A stretch of DNA of 64,000 nt. It comes from Candidatus Micrarchaeia archaeon (lineage in GTDB: Archaea; Micrarchaeota; Micrarchaeia; CABMEP01). The stretch covers positions 256,001-320,000 of the forward strand of contig JAVZPM010000001.1 in NCBI GenBank assembly GCA_038881595.1, in the 5' to 3' direction. Positions 28,790-39,080 of the stretch are shown here, piece after piece (the stretch's first letter is position 1; each line of letters starts with the position of its first letter). The notes beneath the pieces were generated by a model. The model saw only the letters and a program-made list of their open reading frames with translations. It was not told the DNA's origin and did not search any database. Position numbers and translations under genes: made by a program.

Positions 28790-29170
28790 CTAAATAATAT
28801 CTTCAATTCTTCGATTTATTTCTGTCATTCTTCTCTTTGTTATAGAATAAGATCTTTCATTTTTTTCAAGTTCAGGAAGATATGCAAAATACCATCCTTC
28901 ATAAGGTATTTTCCATGCAATCAATGTTGTAATTCCTGTGTTCTCTTCCCATTTGTTTAGGGCTTCGAATTTATCGTGGTCTATTGCAATTCTATCACTG
29001 TTCCATGCTTTACATTCAACTGCATACTGCTTTCCACGCTTGAATAGAAGGATATCCGGGCTTACCGCATTTACCCCACTACCTGCCGATCTCACTACGC
29101 TGTATCCTTTTTCTTCAAAAATATGGATCAGTTCCCTTTCATTTCTTGCCCCTTTTCTGTACCTATACAT
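28790..29170 (-). CDS. hjc: Holliday junction resolvase Hjc
   Basis: KG...EREL, VVRSAGSG, PDILL, VECK. Confidence 0.92.
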   Translation of the reverse strand: MYRYRKGARNERELIHIFEEKGYSVVRSAGSGVNAVSPDILLFKRGKQYAVECKAWNSDRIAIDHDKFEALNKWEENTGITTLIAWKIPYEGWYFAYLPELEKNERSYSITKRRMTEINRRIEDII

Positions 29171-29272
29171 CTCTCATCACTTGTCAAACTATAGCTATAT
29201 TATCTTATAAGAGAGATTTATAAATTGTTATCTTAAATATAGATATTAGAACTAATTTAGGTGAGTGATTTT

Positions 29273-29875
29273 ATGGCTGAGAATCAAGGACCAATAAAGA
29301 GATTGATAAATATGTTAAAAGGGGAGAGACCCTCCATTCCCTTAGAGGCTATTATGCAGAAAGGAGTAGTAGTTTTAGATTCATCAAAAACTGCATTAGA
29401 CGCAGCAAAGGTTATGGAAAGAAATAAGATTGGTTCGGTAATAATTGTAGAAAAGGGAAAGGCGATTGGAATTGTGACAGAAAGAGACCTTGTTAGAAGG
29501 GTATTGGCAGGAAAGAAAAAACCAACAATCAAGCTTAAACAGATTATGTCTTCTCCGTTAAGAGTTGCAAAACCAGAGCAGGATATACAGGAAGCGGTTT
29601 TGGCAATGAAGAAATATAAAATAAAGAAGCTTGCTGTTGTGGACGGGGAAGGAAGGCTTGTAGGGATAGTAACAGATACTGACATCACTAGAGCTCTTCC
29701 TGGAATGATAGACATATTACAGGAGATAGGCAATTACAATAGATTAGCAGAAGAGTCACAATCAGTAGGAATATGTCAAAAATGCGGCCTTTACTCCGAC
29801 ACTCTTCAATATGTAAATGGAGAACTTATATGCGAAGAATGCAGGGAGCAAGAAGCAGAAGAATATGAGCAGTGA
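29273..29875 (+). CDS. CBS-pair protein with C-terminal Zn ribbon
   Basis: GIVTERDL and GIVTDTDI CBS motifs; CQKC...CEEC. Confidence 0.9.
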   Translation: MAENQGPIKRLINMLKGERPSIPLEAIMQKGVVVLDSSKTALDAAKVMERNKIGSVIIVEKGKAIGIVTERDLVRRVLAGKKKPTIKLKQIMSSPLRVAKPEQDIQEAVLAMKKYKIKKLAVVDGEGRLVGIVTDTDITRALPGMIDILQEIGNYNRLAEESQSVGICQKCGLYSDTLQYVNGELICEECREQEAEEYEQ

Positions 29876-29942
29876 TAATAAAATCAGAGGCAATTCTGAG
29901 ACCAACAGACATACGCGTTAAGATATCTTTATCTTTAAATGT

Positions 29943-30737
29943 AAGAAGAAAAAGAAAGGGAAAAAGAGCGTGAGCTTATTGAAAGAATCTATGAAAGAGA
30001 AAATCAAATAGAAGAGAAATTAGAACAAATATTGATTCCAGTTGAAGAGATAAAAGATCAAGTTGAGAATGAAGTAACAATTGCAGAATGCTTAAAAATG
30101 TATGAAATTGCAGAATTAGTTAGAGAAGGACAGGAAGTTAAGATAAGAGAATTAGAAGCAGAAATAGGAGAAAAACTAAAGAATGAAATTGAAGCGATAC
30201 AAAAGGAAATAGAAGAAATAAATAAAATAGGAAAGAATGAAGAAGGAATTGAGAATTCCCTTAAAAAACTTAACAAACTGATTAAAGAAAAGCACTCTTT
30301 GGAGGAAAGAATAGACAAAATAACTGAAATGTTAAACAAACTGAAAAAAGCTGGAGTTTTTAAAAAGGAGATATATGAATCATTTATCGATGAATTAAAG
30401 AGAACACAACAATTAGAAGAGCAAATAGTTAAAACGATAGAATCCATAATAAAAGAGGTAGAAGTTACAAAAGAGAAAAAACCATCAGCTGAGACAATTA
30501 GAGAAAAATTATCTAAATTGGCAGAGAAAATAAGAAAAGAAATCTCTCTCCTACAGAGTCTTGCAAGCAGGATTGAAAAAATTAGAATAGAATTAGAAAA
30601 AGAAACAGAAAAACAGATCTTAAAAGAGGTCAGGGAATCAAAACCAAAACTGATTTCTATTCAGAATCTTGAAAATATATTGACAAAAGTATGGATAAAT
30701 TCTGTTATTGAGTTCATCACAGATAAACTGATTAAGA
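29943..30737 (+). repeat. Copy 1 of ~795-bp near-identical direct repeat (fragment of the 31650-33635 gene)
   Basis: Matches 31996-32790 at constant offset 2053; one internal SNP seen (30176 C vs 32229 A), diverging only at the 3' end. Confidence 0.93.
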
Positions 30738-30802
30738 TCAGAGCAGGAAGAAGAGAGGAAAGAGAGGAAAGAGTGATATGTCCGTTATCTTTAAATACCT
30801 AA
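29945..30802 (+). pseudogene. 5'-truncated duplicate fragment of the coiled-coil gene with a different short C-terminus
   Basis: In-frame TAA at 29942 directly upstream of the duplicated segment; only internal TTG/ATG starts available. Confidence 0.6.
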
Positions 30803-30809
30803 ACTGAGA

Positions 30810-31619
30810 ATGATAATTATGACAGAAAGAGAGGAGAAGATAATAAAGAAACCAGAAGAAAAGAAACCTTCATTATGGCAAAGAATGAAGAAACCATTGG
30901 CAGCCGGCCTATTAGGTGCTTCACTACTTCTGCATCCTGCAAAGAAAGCAGATGCAGTAGGATTTGCATTTGCTAGAGATCCACCTTATTATGCATCTGA
31001 AATAATTGAAAAGAAATATCCAACTGGTTGGAAACTTTTGGTTAAAGTAGATAAGCATCAAGGAGGTGAAATTGATATAGACGACTCACTAGGAATAAAA
31101 TTAAATCAGTCTGCAATCAATTATTTCAAGAAAAAATATGAAGAAACCAAAGACCCAGATGCTCTTTATTTATGGGTTTATAGTGTTTATTCTCTAGCTG
31201 GATACGAACAAACATTTGAAAAAACAGAAGAAAGATGCATGGAAGCAATGAAAATAATAGATGAAAGACTAAAAGAAGAACCTTATGATTTCCATTTTAT
31301 AGATCTTAAACTGACGATATATCGTAATTTAGCTGTTGCATATTATAAAGGATATATTAAAGATCCTCGTGCTGTAGCCTGGGGACATGTTGATTTTTCA
31401 AAAATAGATTTCTATAAACGAAAATCAATTGAATATTGTAATAAATACAAAGAATATCTTAAAGAAGTAAAGAAAATATTGGATAAGATAGAAATATGTT
31501 TATTCAAAGATTTTAATTATACCCAAAAAATTGTAGAAGACACAAAAAAAGAATATATAAAAGATTCTGAGAAAGACGATATAAAAATTCAACACATTCT
31601 AGAGGAATTAAAAGAGTAA
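30810..31619 (+). CDS. Hypothetical exported or anchored helical protein
   Basis: Charged N-terminus, hydrophobic stretch PLAAGLLGASLLL, ADA cleavage-like site, helical TPR-like body. Confidence 0.7.
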   Translation: MIIMTEREEKIIKKPEEKKPSLWQRMKKPLAAGLLGASLLLHPAKKADAVGFAFARDPPYYASEIIEKKYPTGWKLLVKVDKHQGGEIDIDDSLGIKLNQSAINYFKKKYEETKDPDALYLWVYSVYSLAGYEQTFEKTEERCMEAMKIIDERLKEEPYDFHFIDLKLTIYRNLAVAYYKGYIKDPRAVAWGHVDFSKIDFYKRKSIEYCNKYKEYLKEVKKILDKIEICLFKDFNYTQKIVEDTKKEYIKDSEKDDIKIQHILEELKE

Positions 31620-31649
31620 TTTTATAAATATAAATCATAAATTAAAGTT

Positions 31650-33635
31650 ATGTGTTTATTTTTGTTTAATGGTGATAGTAGTAGTATATTTAGTGGAAAA
31701 GACAAAGGATTCGAAAGAGCCCCCCATCTCCAGCCCCAACTTCGCTTCCTTTCCTCAATCACTTCTCCTCAACAAACTACAGAGCTAACCGAACTTCAGT
31801 TTCTTATGCAACAGCAACTCACAGATCTCAACGTTTATCTTCAGATTCTAGAGAAAAAAGACGATGATATTCATGATATTAGCTTATTATTAAACATATG
31901 GGAAAAAATAGAAGAGGAATATGAAGAAATAAAGAAATTAGAAGAAGAAAAACAAAAAGAAAAAATAAAAGAAGAGACACTGATTGAAGTAAAGGAAGAA
32001 GAAAAAGAAAGGGAAAAAGAGCGTGAGCTTATTGAAAGAATCTATGAAAGAGAAAATCAAATAGAAGAGAAATTAGAACAAATATTGATTCCAGTTGAAG
32101 AGATAAAAGATCAAGTTGAGAATGAAGTAACAATTGCAGAATGCTTAAAAATGTATGAAATTGCAGAATTAGTTAGAGAAGGACAGGAAGTTAAGATAAG
32201 AGAATTAGAAGCAGAAATAGGAGAAAAAATAAAGAATGAAATTGAAGCGATACAAAAGGAAATAGAAGAAATAAATAAAATAGGAAAGAATGAAGAAGGA
32301 ATTGAGAATTCCCTTAAAAAACTTAACAAACTGATTAAAGAAAAGCACTCTTTGGAGGAAAGAATAGACAAAATAACTGAAATGTTAAACAAACTGAAAA
32401 AAGCTGGAGTTTTTAAAAAGGAGATATATGAATCATTTATCGATGAATTAAAGAGAACACAACAATTAGAAGAGCAAATAGTTAAAACGATAGAATCCAT
32501 AATAAAAGAGGTAGAAGTTACAAAAGAGAAAAAACCATCAGCTGAGACAATTAGAGAAAAATTATCTAAATTGGCAGAGAAAATAAGAAAAGAAATCTCT
32601 CTCCTACAGAGTCTTGCAAGCAGGATTGAAAAAATTAGAATAGAATTAGAAAAAGAAACAGAAAAACAGATCTTAAAAGAGGTCAGGGAATCAAAACCAA
32701 AACTGATTTCTATTCAGAATCTTGAAAATATATTGACAAAAGTATGGATAAATTCTGTTATTGAGTTCATCACAGATAAGTTGATTAAGAGCAGAGAGAG
32801 GGAAGAGAAATACTGGAAAGAGAGACTAAATAAAGTGGAAAAGGAAAGAAATGCTGATTTTGAAAGATTCAATAGAAGATTAAGGAGCATTTTCAGACCA
32901 GAGGAATATAAAGAAATAACAAAGCATGCAAAGAAAAGTATTGTTGCATTTCTTAGGGGAATTGCAAATAACTGGTCTGAAAGATGGTTAGAGCCGTTAG
33001 AATTAATAGAAGATATAAAAGGAATTAAGATCGAAGAAAAAGGACTAAATATAATAATAGAAACTTTAAAGAGAAGGATCTCTTTCATTTCTATTTCTTC
33101 TTATGATATTCAAACAATGGAAAGAATAATAAAAGAGGATCCTGATGCAACAAATACATTAAATGCACTTATTGATTACATGAATGAAATAAGGATAAAC
33201 GGAGTATTTAGAAAGATCCTAGTGAAAAACATAAGAAAATATAAAAATGGAGCAAAACCATTGCTGTTTAAGAATTTATTGAAGGAGTTATATACAGTTA
33301 ACATTCCAGCTCAAATAAGCAATACCCTCATTCAGGCAGTGACGAGGAATAAGAAAAATATGATTGAGAAGGATAAGGAAGAAGAAAAGGTAGGAGGAAG
33401 TGAAACCAAAGGAAGAAGCGAAATAGATAATATAGTGAAGTTCATACTCTTTTATGTCTCGCTTCTTAATATGAGAAGAACAAGAATCAGAAGCATTCTC
33501 TCTCAAATCAGTGATGAAAAAGATCAAAGAAAAGAGATCGCAAAATTATATGCTAAACAGTGTGCTTTGATGAGACTTTATTCTTCAACCACTCTTTCAG
33601 AACTTAAACAAAGTACATTAGATTTGCAGTTTTAG
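31650..33635 (+). CDS. Glu/Lys-rich coiled-coil hypothetical protein
   Basis: 661-aa ORF with long heptad-like E/K/I/L region; start uncertain. Confidence 0.75.
   Translation: MCLFLFNGDSSSIFSGKDKGFERAPHLQPQLRFLSSITSPQQTTELTELQFLMQQQLTDLNVYLQILEKKDDDIHDISLLLNIWEKIEEEYEEIKKLEEEKQKEKIKEETLIEVKEEEKEREKERELIERIYERENQIEEKLEQILIPVEEIKDQVENEVTIAECLKMYEIAELVREGQEVKIRELEAEIGEKIKNEIEAIQKEIEEINKIGKNEEGIENSLKKLNKLIKEKHSLEERIDKITEMLNKLKKAGVFKKEIYESFIDELKRTQQLEEQIVKTIESIIKEVEVTKEKKPSAETIREKLSKLAEKIRKEISLLQSLASRIEKIRIELEKETEKQILKEVRESKPKLISIQNLENILTKVWINSVIEFITDKLIKSREREEKYWKERLNKVEKERNADFERFNRRLRSIFRPEEYKEITKHAKKSIVAFLRGIANNWSERWLEPLELIEDIKGIKIEEKGLNIIIETLKRRISFISISSYDIQTMERIIKEDPDATNTLNALIDYMNEIRINGVFRKILVKNIRKYKNGAKPLLFKNLLKELYTVNIPAQISNTLIQAVTRNKKNMIEKDKEEEKVGGSETKGRSEIDNIVKFILFYVSLLNMRRTRIRSILSQISDEKDQRKEIAKLYAKQCALMRLYSSTTLSELKQSTLDLQF
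31996..32790 (+). repeat. Copy 2 of ~795-bp direct repeat
   Basis: Matches 29943-30737. Confidence 0.93.
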
Positions 33636-33679
33636 CCAATTTGCTTTGAACCAGATAAAGTTATTAATCCGGTGTAAAC

Positions 33680-35863
33680 ATGAGTAAAAAGAAATTCAGT
33701 AAACAGCAAAATACAAATGAACAAAACAGGAACGAAAAGATAGATATGAATAGAAATGAAAACGTTAGAAATGAGAGTAGCCCGGATAGAAATGAAAATA
33801 TAGATAAGAACAGAGAAGTAAATACAGATAGAAATAAAGAAAGAGATAAAGTTAGGTATGTTGGCTTTCTGAACGAGTTTCTGAAGAAATACAGTATCCC
33901 GTTCCACTCATTTTATATAGAACCTTCTGAATTTGAGAGTAAATTCAAGACTGATTTGAAAGGAGTAGATCAAAAAGAGTTAGAGAGGATCGTGCAAGAG
34001 AACAACGCGTATCTCTCAATTTTAGAAACACTGGTAGAAGCTATAATATCTGATGATGATGCAGAGACAATAAAATATGCTTTTAGTCATGGAATTCTTA
34101 ACGTTGATGCAAGATTTAAAGACGGAACCACTCCTCTTTTTAAGGCATGCGTATTGGGCAAATATAAAGTTGCAAAACAGCTAATTAAATTAGGTGCAGA
34201 TGTTAATCTTATATCTGAAGGCTACACTCCATTATCTATTGCTTGCGGTGCTAATCGTATAGACATAATTAAACTTCTTCTTGAAAATGGAGCTAAGATC
34301 AATTTCACTGAGCAGAAAATTACCCCACTTGAGATGGCAATAGCACAAAATAATGTAGAAATAGTTAAAATTTTGCTTGATAACGGTGCAGATCCAAACA
34401 TTTTTTGCCTAAAACCACCTTTATTTGCAGCTTGTGAGAGTGGAAACAAGGAAGTTATCAACCTACTTATAAGTCATGGTGCAAACATGAATATACTTTA
34501 TGCTCCATTCAGACCCATCACCATAGATAATACAATTTCTCTCTTGTCATATATGGTATACCTAGCAAAAGAAGATGTGGTTAAATTGCTTATTGATCAT
34601 GGAATAGATGTCAATATTAAAAATGGAAATGGAATGACAGCCTTATCATATCTCTCTGTTCAATCTTACAGATATCTTAATGATAGCACTATAAAAACAA
34701 TGATTAAAAACAGGACAACTCCACCATCAATAGAAGAATATAAAACCATATTATTTAGGATCGCAAAAGAATTGATTAAGGCAGGAGCAGACATCAATAG
34801 TGAAGATAACGATGGTTGGACGCCGCTAATGTTTGCTTGTAAATATGGTGAAGAACAACTTGTAAAATTATTTTTAAAAATGGGTGCAGACCCTAATCAT
34901 CGTTCAAAAGCAGGATCAACTCCACTATCTACAGCTGCAGTCAACAATCAGATAGATGTAATAAGGTTTTTAATCGAAGCAGGTGCAGATCCAAATATAT
35001 CAAGTTCAACTGGAAAGACACCATTAATAAAAGCAACCGAAAAAGGTTATTTAGAAGCAGTGAGAATTCTCATACAGAATGGTGCAGATCTCAATATTAG
35101 AGATGAAGATGGCAATACAGCATTGTCTTATGCTATAATAACACGAAATAAAGATATAACGAGGCTCTTACTAGAGAACAAAGCAAACCCTAATGTAAAA
35201 ATAAGCCGATCTCTTACTTTAAAAGAGCTGCTTAAAGAAGGAATGCCTTTCTTTATTGTTGAAAGTTTAAAGAAATACGGATTTGAAGAGAATAGTAAAC
35301 TAAAGATCAGTTTTTCATGTTTGAGTTTTGCATTATTTCAAGGTGATATTGATATTGTTGAGTCTCTCCTTGAAAACGGTGCAGATGTGGAGCTGATTGA
35401 TAACGGCTTAACTCCTTTAATGGTAGCAGTTTTATCAAACAAAAAAGAAATTGTAAAATTGATTTTAAAATATAAACCAAACGTTAATGCAAAAGGCATA
35501 TCAAACATCACAGCCATGCATCTGGCAGCAATGAAGAATGAAGATTCGGATGTCATTGATCTTTTGATAAATTACGGTGCAGATATAGAAGCAAGGGATT
35601 CAGCTGGTTTGCCACCCATTGTATATGCTATTCAGAGCAATAATGTAAATGCAGCTAAGGCTTTAATAAAGTACGGGGCAAAAACAAACTTTAGATTTCC
35701 AGATGGTCGCAGCTTATTTGTTTATGCTGTGCAAAATAAATTTTCAGATATTTCTCTTATTTCAGGAGGAAATGATATCGAACCAATTGCATTAGATTTT
35801 AAAGAAATAACAAAGCAAAAAAGTAAAAGAAGCATTAAGAAGAAAGGCTCAATGATACGATGA
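33680..35863 (+). CDS. Ankyrin repeat protein
   Basis: More than a dozen G.TPL..A...G...V..LL..GAD.N repeats; low-complexity N/R/D/E N-terminus; basic C-terminal tail. Confidence 0.93.
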   Translation: MSKKKFSKQQNTNEQNRNEKIDMNRNENVRNESSPDRNENIDKNREVNTDRNKERDKVRYVGFLNEFLKKYSIPFHSFYIEPSEFESKFKTDLKGVDQKELERIVQENNAYLSILETLVEAIISDDDAETIKYAFSHGILNVDARFKDGTTPLFKACVLGKYKVAKQLIKLGADVNLISEGYTPLSIACGANRIDIIKLLLENGAKINFTEQKITPLEMAIAQNNVEIVKILLDNGADPNIFCLKPPLFAACESGNKEVINLLISHGANMNILYAPFRPITIDNTISLLSYMVYLAKEDVVKLLIDHGIDVNIKNGNGMTALSYLSVQSYRYLNDSTIKTMIKNRTTPPSIEEYKTILFRIAKELIKAGADINSEDNDGWTPLMFACKYGEEQLVKLFLKMGADPNHRSKAGSTPLSTAAVNNQIDVIRFLIEAGADPNISSSTGKTPLIKATEKGYLEAVRILIQNGADLNIRDEDGNTALSYAIITRNKDITRLLLENKANPNVKISRSLTLKELLKEGMPFFIVESLKKYGFEENSKLKISFSCLSFALFQGDIDIVESLLENGADVELIDNGLTPLMVAVLSNKKEIVKLILKYKPNVNAKGISNITAMHLAAMKNEDSDVIDLLINYGADIEARDSAGLPPIVYAIQSNNVNAAKALIKYGAKTNFRFPDGRSLFVYAVQNKFSDISLISGGNDIEPIALDFKEITKQKSKRSIKKKGSMIR

Positions 35864-36090
35864 ATATCTAGCTATTATCTGTATTACTTAAAAATTAACA
35901 TCTCTTAAAATCGGATAAGAAAGAAATTTAGAACTAATTCCAGGTGGGCTTATAAATTATGGACCTAATAAAAAAGCTAATTGTAGTTAGATTTGCTAAA
36001 AGAAACAGAAAGGTTTAAAAATAAGTGTGGCTTAATGATATTAAAGTGCAATATTATCAGCATGGCTGTTGAGTAGCCTAAAATCCGAAC

Positions 36091-36579
36091 ATGAAAGCCG
36101 AAGTTGTCAAACAAAAGCTAAAAACACTTAAAAGGGTGCTTGAGCACCTTAATACCTCTAGAGTAATTGTTCTCGTTGAGGGTAAACGTGATATTCATGC
36201 TCTTAGAAATTCACATTTCTATGAAGGAGAAGTCATACAAATATCAAATAGAAAGCCGCACGAACTTGCGCAGCTTTTGCTTGGCACTGAAAAGACTGTT
36301 GTAATACTTACAGATTATGATGCCGCTGGTGAACAGCTTCTTGAAAGGTTTGCAGATGAACTATCTGCAAACAATATATCTGTAGATATTACAACAAGAA
36401 AGTCAATTCGTTGGATTTTAGGTATAAATACGATAGAAGAGATTGCAACTGCTTATGCTGATTTTGTTGCACGTGTTACATGTGCACAGCACGAATTGTG
36501 TTTGACTGAGGAATTATTAATTCCTATTAAAAGTCAGGAATTAGTAATTCGTAATAAAGACAATTCAAGGGTGCACTAA
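36091..36579 (+). CDS. Small Toprim-domain protein
   Basis: LVEGKRD and ILTDYDAAG Toprim motifs. Confidence 0.85.
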   Translation: MKAEVVKQKLKTLKRVLEHLNTSRVIVLVEGKRDIHALRNSHFYEGEVIQISNRKPHELAQLLLGTEKTVVILTDYDAAGEQLLERFADELSANNISVDITTRKSIRWILGINTIEEIATAYADFVARVTCAQHELCLTEELLIPIKSQELVIRNKDNSRVH

Positions 36580-36624
36580 AAAATCGTAAATAAGTACTTC
36601 ATTAGTGCATCGATAGGTGATAAA

Positions 36625-37881
36625 ATGGGAAAGATTTACATAGATACTGTTAAGTATGTGATTCATGCAAACGTTGAGATCACAGGATTAGTAGAGAAAC
36701 CAGATGTAGTAGGAGCGATATTCGGTCAAACTGAAGGTTTGTTGGGCGAAGAGCTTGACTTAAGAGAGCTACAGAAAAACGGTAGAATCGGAAGGATAGA
36801 AGTCAATCTTCAGCCAAAGGGAAACAAATCAGTTGGAACAATAGAAATTCCTTCAAGTTTAGATCTTGTTGAGACTTGTATTATTGCATCTGCACTTGAA
36901 ACAGTTGATAGAGTAGGACCATGTGAAGCATACATAACAGTTCAGAGAGTGGAAGACACAAGAAATATAAAGAGGAAGAAAGTAGTTGAAAGAGCAAAAG
37001 AACTTGTAAAGAAAATGATCACTACAGAAATACCAGAGAGCAAAGAACTTTCAGAACTTGTTCGTGCAGAGGTGAAGACCGCAGAGATCTCTTCTTATGG
37101 ACCTGAAAAGTTACCTGCCGGTCCGAACATAGAATCTGCAGACTCGGTAATACTTGTTGAAGGAAGAGCTGATGTAATAAACTTATTAAAGAATGATATA
37201 AACAACGTAATTGCAATAGGTGGAGCAAATGTTCCAAAATCTATAATTGATCTATGTAAGAAGAAAGAAGTAACTCTATTCGTAGATGGAGATAGGGGCG
37301 GAGAGATAATAATGAAGGAAGTGTTAAATAGTTGTGAAGTTGATTATATAGCAAGAGCTCCTACTGGAACAGAGGTAGAAGAACTAACAAGAAAAGAAAT
37401 TCTTAAGTCATTGAGATCAAGAGTTCCGGTCGAGCAGGCAGACACACTAAAAAGGAGAAAGGAAGAGAGCACCTTTGAGCAGCAGTATAGATCAGTTATT
37501 CCAAAAGAACCAATGATTCAGCCAGCTCAACCAATGAAAGAGGAAGTAATTGCTCAACAGACAAAAACAGAAGAAGAACCTTCGATTCCAACAGGAATGC
37601 CTGAGATTATACAATCAGAACTTAATTCCCTTGAAGGTTCTTTAAAAGCTAAATTTTACGATGAACAGATGAATGTAATAGGAGAAGTTCCAGTAAGAGA
37701 TGTAACAAAAGCATTACAAGAAGCAAAAGGGGTTTCTACAGTTATATTGGATGGAATAATAACTCAAAGACTTGTTGATTTAACAGAAACTCTTAATATA
37801 AAAACAATAGCAGGAATTAAAATGGGTAATGTGTTTAGAAAACCACAGAACCTCCAGATCTTTGTAAAACAACAAGTTTAA
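36625..37881 (+). CDS. dnaG: Archaeal DnaG-like protein
   Basis: VEKPDVVGAIFGQTEGLLG, LVEGRADV, FVDGDRGG, DGIITQRL. Confidence 0.96.
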   Translation: MGKIYIDTVKYVIHANVEITGLVEKPDVVGAIFGQTEGLLGEELDLRELQKNGRIGRIEVNLQPKGNKSVGTIEIPSSLDLVETCIIASALETVDRVGPCEAYITVQRVEDTRNIKRKKVVERAKELVKKMITTEIPESKELSELVRAEVKTAEISSYGPEKLPAGPNIESADSVILVEGRADVINLLKNDINNVIAIGGANVPKSIIDLCKKKEVTLFVDGDRGGEIIMKEVLNSCEVDYIARAPTGTEVEELTRKEILKSLRSRVPVEQADTLKRRKEESTFEQQYRSVIPKEPMIQPAQPMKEEVIAQQTKTEEEPSIPTGMPEIIQSELNSLEGSLKAKFYDEQMNVIGEVPVRDVTKALQEAKGVSTVILDGIITQRLVDLTETLNIKTIAGIKMGNVFRKPQNLQIFVKQQV

Positions 37882-37921
37882 TTTCAATTCTATTTTTTCA
37901 ATTCCTTTTTTATTTTTAATT

Positions 37922-38953
37922 TTATTTATATTTGAATCTTAATATACCAGCTATCCCCCCAAATTTTTGCAATCTTTTCCAAGGTTCTTCTCCAGATGTG
38001 AAAACAGTAATCTCCACTCCTTTCTCTTTGGCTTGGTCAAGAATTTCAGGATTATGCCTTGCATATTCATCTAATATATATAACTCTCCAAGCGCTCCGT
38101 ATTGGTTTGCCTCATCGACTTCTTCTCTTCCTTTCACTACTAGACCACTATTTCTTCCGAGTTCAGTCATTAATTTTTCAATCTTTTCAAATTCTTGTGA
38201 AATTTTGTCTTCTTTCATTATTTGTTTGACAGTTCCGCTTTTTATAAGCTCATAAACTCCACTTTTTTCTGCTGTGCTTGTATGTTCAATTGTAATATTC
38301 TTCAATAACTCTGGGTGTCTGTTTTTGATATAATTTCTAAAAGATTCTGCAGTAAAACCAGGTCCCGCAATAAGCACGCGTTTCGAATTCTGAATAACTT
38401 TTACAAGTTCTGCAAAGTATTTGTTGATCTTTTCTTCGTAAGCATCATCCCGTTTAGAAGTTCTACTTTCAAGTTCAAAATCAAATTCAACACCATAACT
38501 TCTTAATGTTGCTACATTAGCTATTTTGTCATCCATTACAATTATTTTTAATATTGGTCTTTTGCTACTTTTTTCAGCATCTTTTATTCTATCTAGTTCA
38601 TAAGTCGTCCATTTTTCCTTTTTTATTTTATATTGATATCCTACTTCAAAATCAATAGTATGATGGCTTCCTTTTTGAACGTATTCTTCTGGAGTTCCAG
38701 ATAAAATAATACCCATAACTCTCAATATATTTGCATTTTTATGCAATTCTGTCCTTTCAACCTTCAATTCAATTGTAACCTCTTTTTTTTCGCCAGATTC
38801 CCCTTTTTCTCCTTCCGATCTAAACCTTCTTATAGTTTTTCCAATAACAATATCTCCAGCATTTATTATTTTCATAAGGTGCCACAGATCTTCAAAATTT
38901 TCAGGTTCGATTTTCATTTCATTATTTTTTTTATCGAATTTAATTACTTTCAT
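37922..38953 (-). CDS. pelA: Pelota/Dom34 ribosome rescue factor
   Basis: EDLWHL, GSHHTI, AGPGF, FGGIAGILRF. Confidence 0.94.
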   Translation of the reverse strand: MKVIKFDKKNNEMKIEPENFEDLWHLMKIINAGDIVIGKTIRRFRSEGEKGESGEKKEVTIELKVERTELHKNANILRVMGIILSGTPEEYVQKGSHHTIDFEVGYQYKIKKEKWTTYELDRIKDAEKSSKRPILKIIVMDDKIANVATLRSYGVEFDFELESRTSKRDDAYEEKINKYFAELVKVIQNSKRVLIAGPGFTAESFRNYIKNRHPELLKNITIEHTSTAEKSGVYELIKSGTVKQIMKEDKISQEFEKIEKLMTELGRNSGLVVKGREEVDEANQYGALGELYILDEYARHNPEILDQAKEKGVEITVFTSGEEPWKRLQKFGGIAGILRFKYK

Positions 38954-39080
38954 ATTAATCAGTTTTTATATTAACTAATCTATATATAATATTTAAATAT
39001 TTAATCGATGTATTAAATTTACAGATTGCTATGTTTCTATTAACTGCAATCTATTGATATATAGCTACTAGAGTGATTAT

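Noticed and set aside
30058..32500. Two near-identical 129-aa minus-strand ORFs
   Set aside because: Antisense shadows of the duplicated coiled-coil segment
29943..32790. Duplication as DGR template/variable repeat, IS element or LTR
   Set aside because: Only one internal difference, far longer than a DGR repeat, no reverse transcriptase or transposase in the window, no terminal inverted repeats
35864..36090. Possible ORB or ncRNA in the intergenic region (TTCCAGGTGG; GGCTG-TTGAG-TAGCC)
   Set aside because: Single partial matches, not repeated; could be chance
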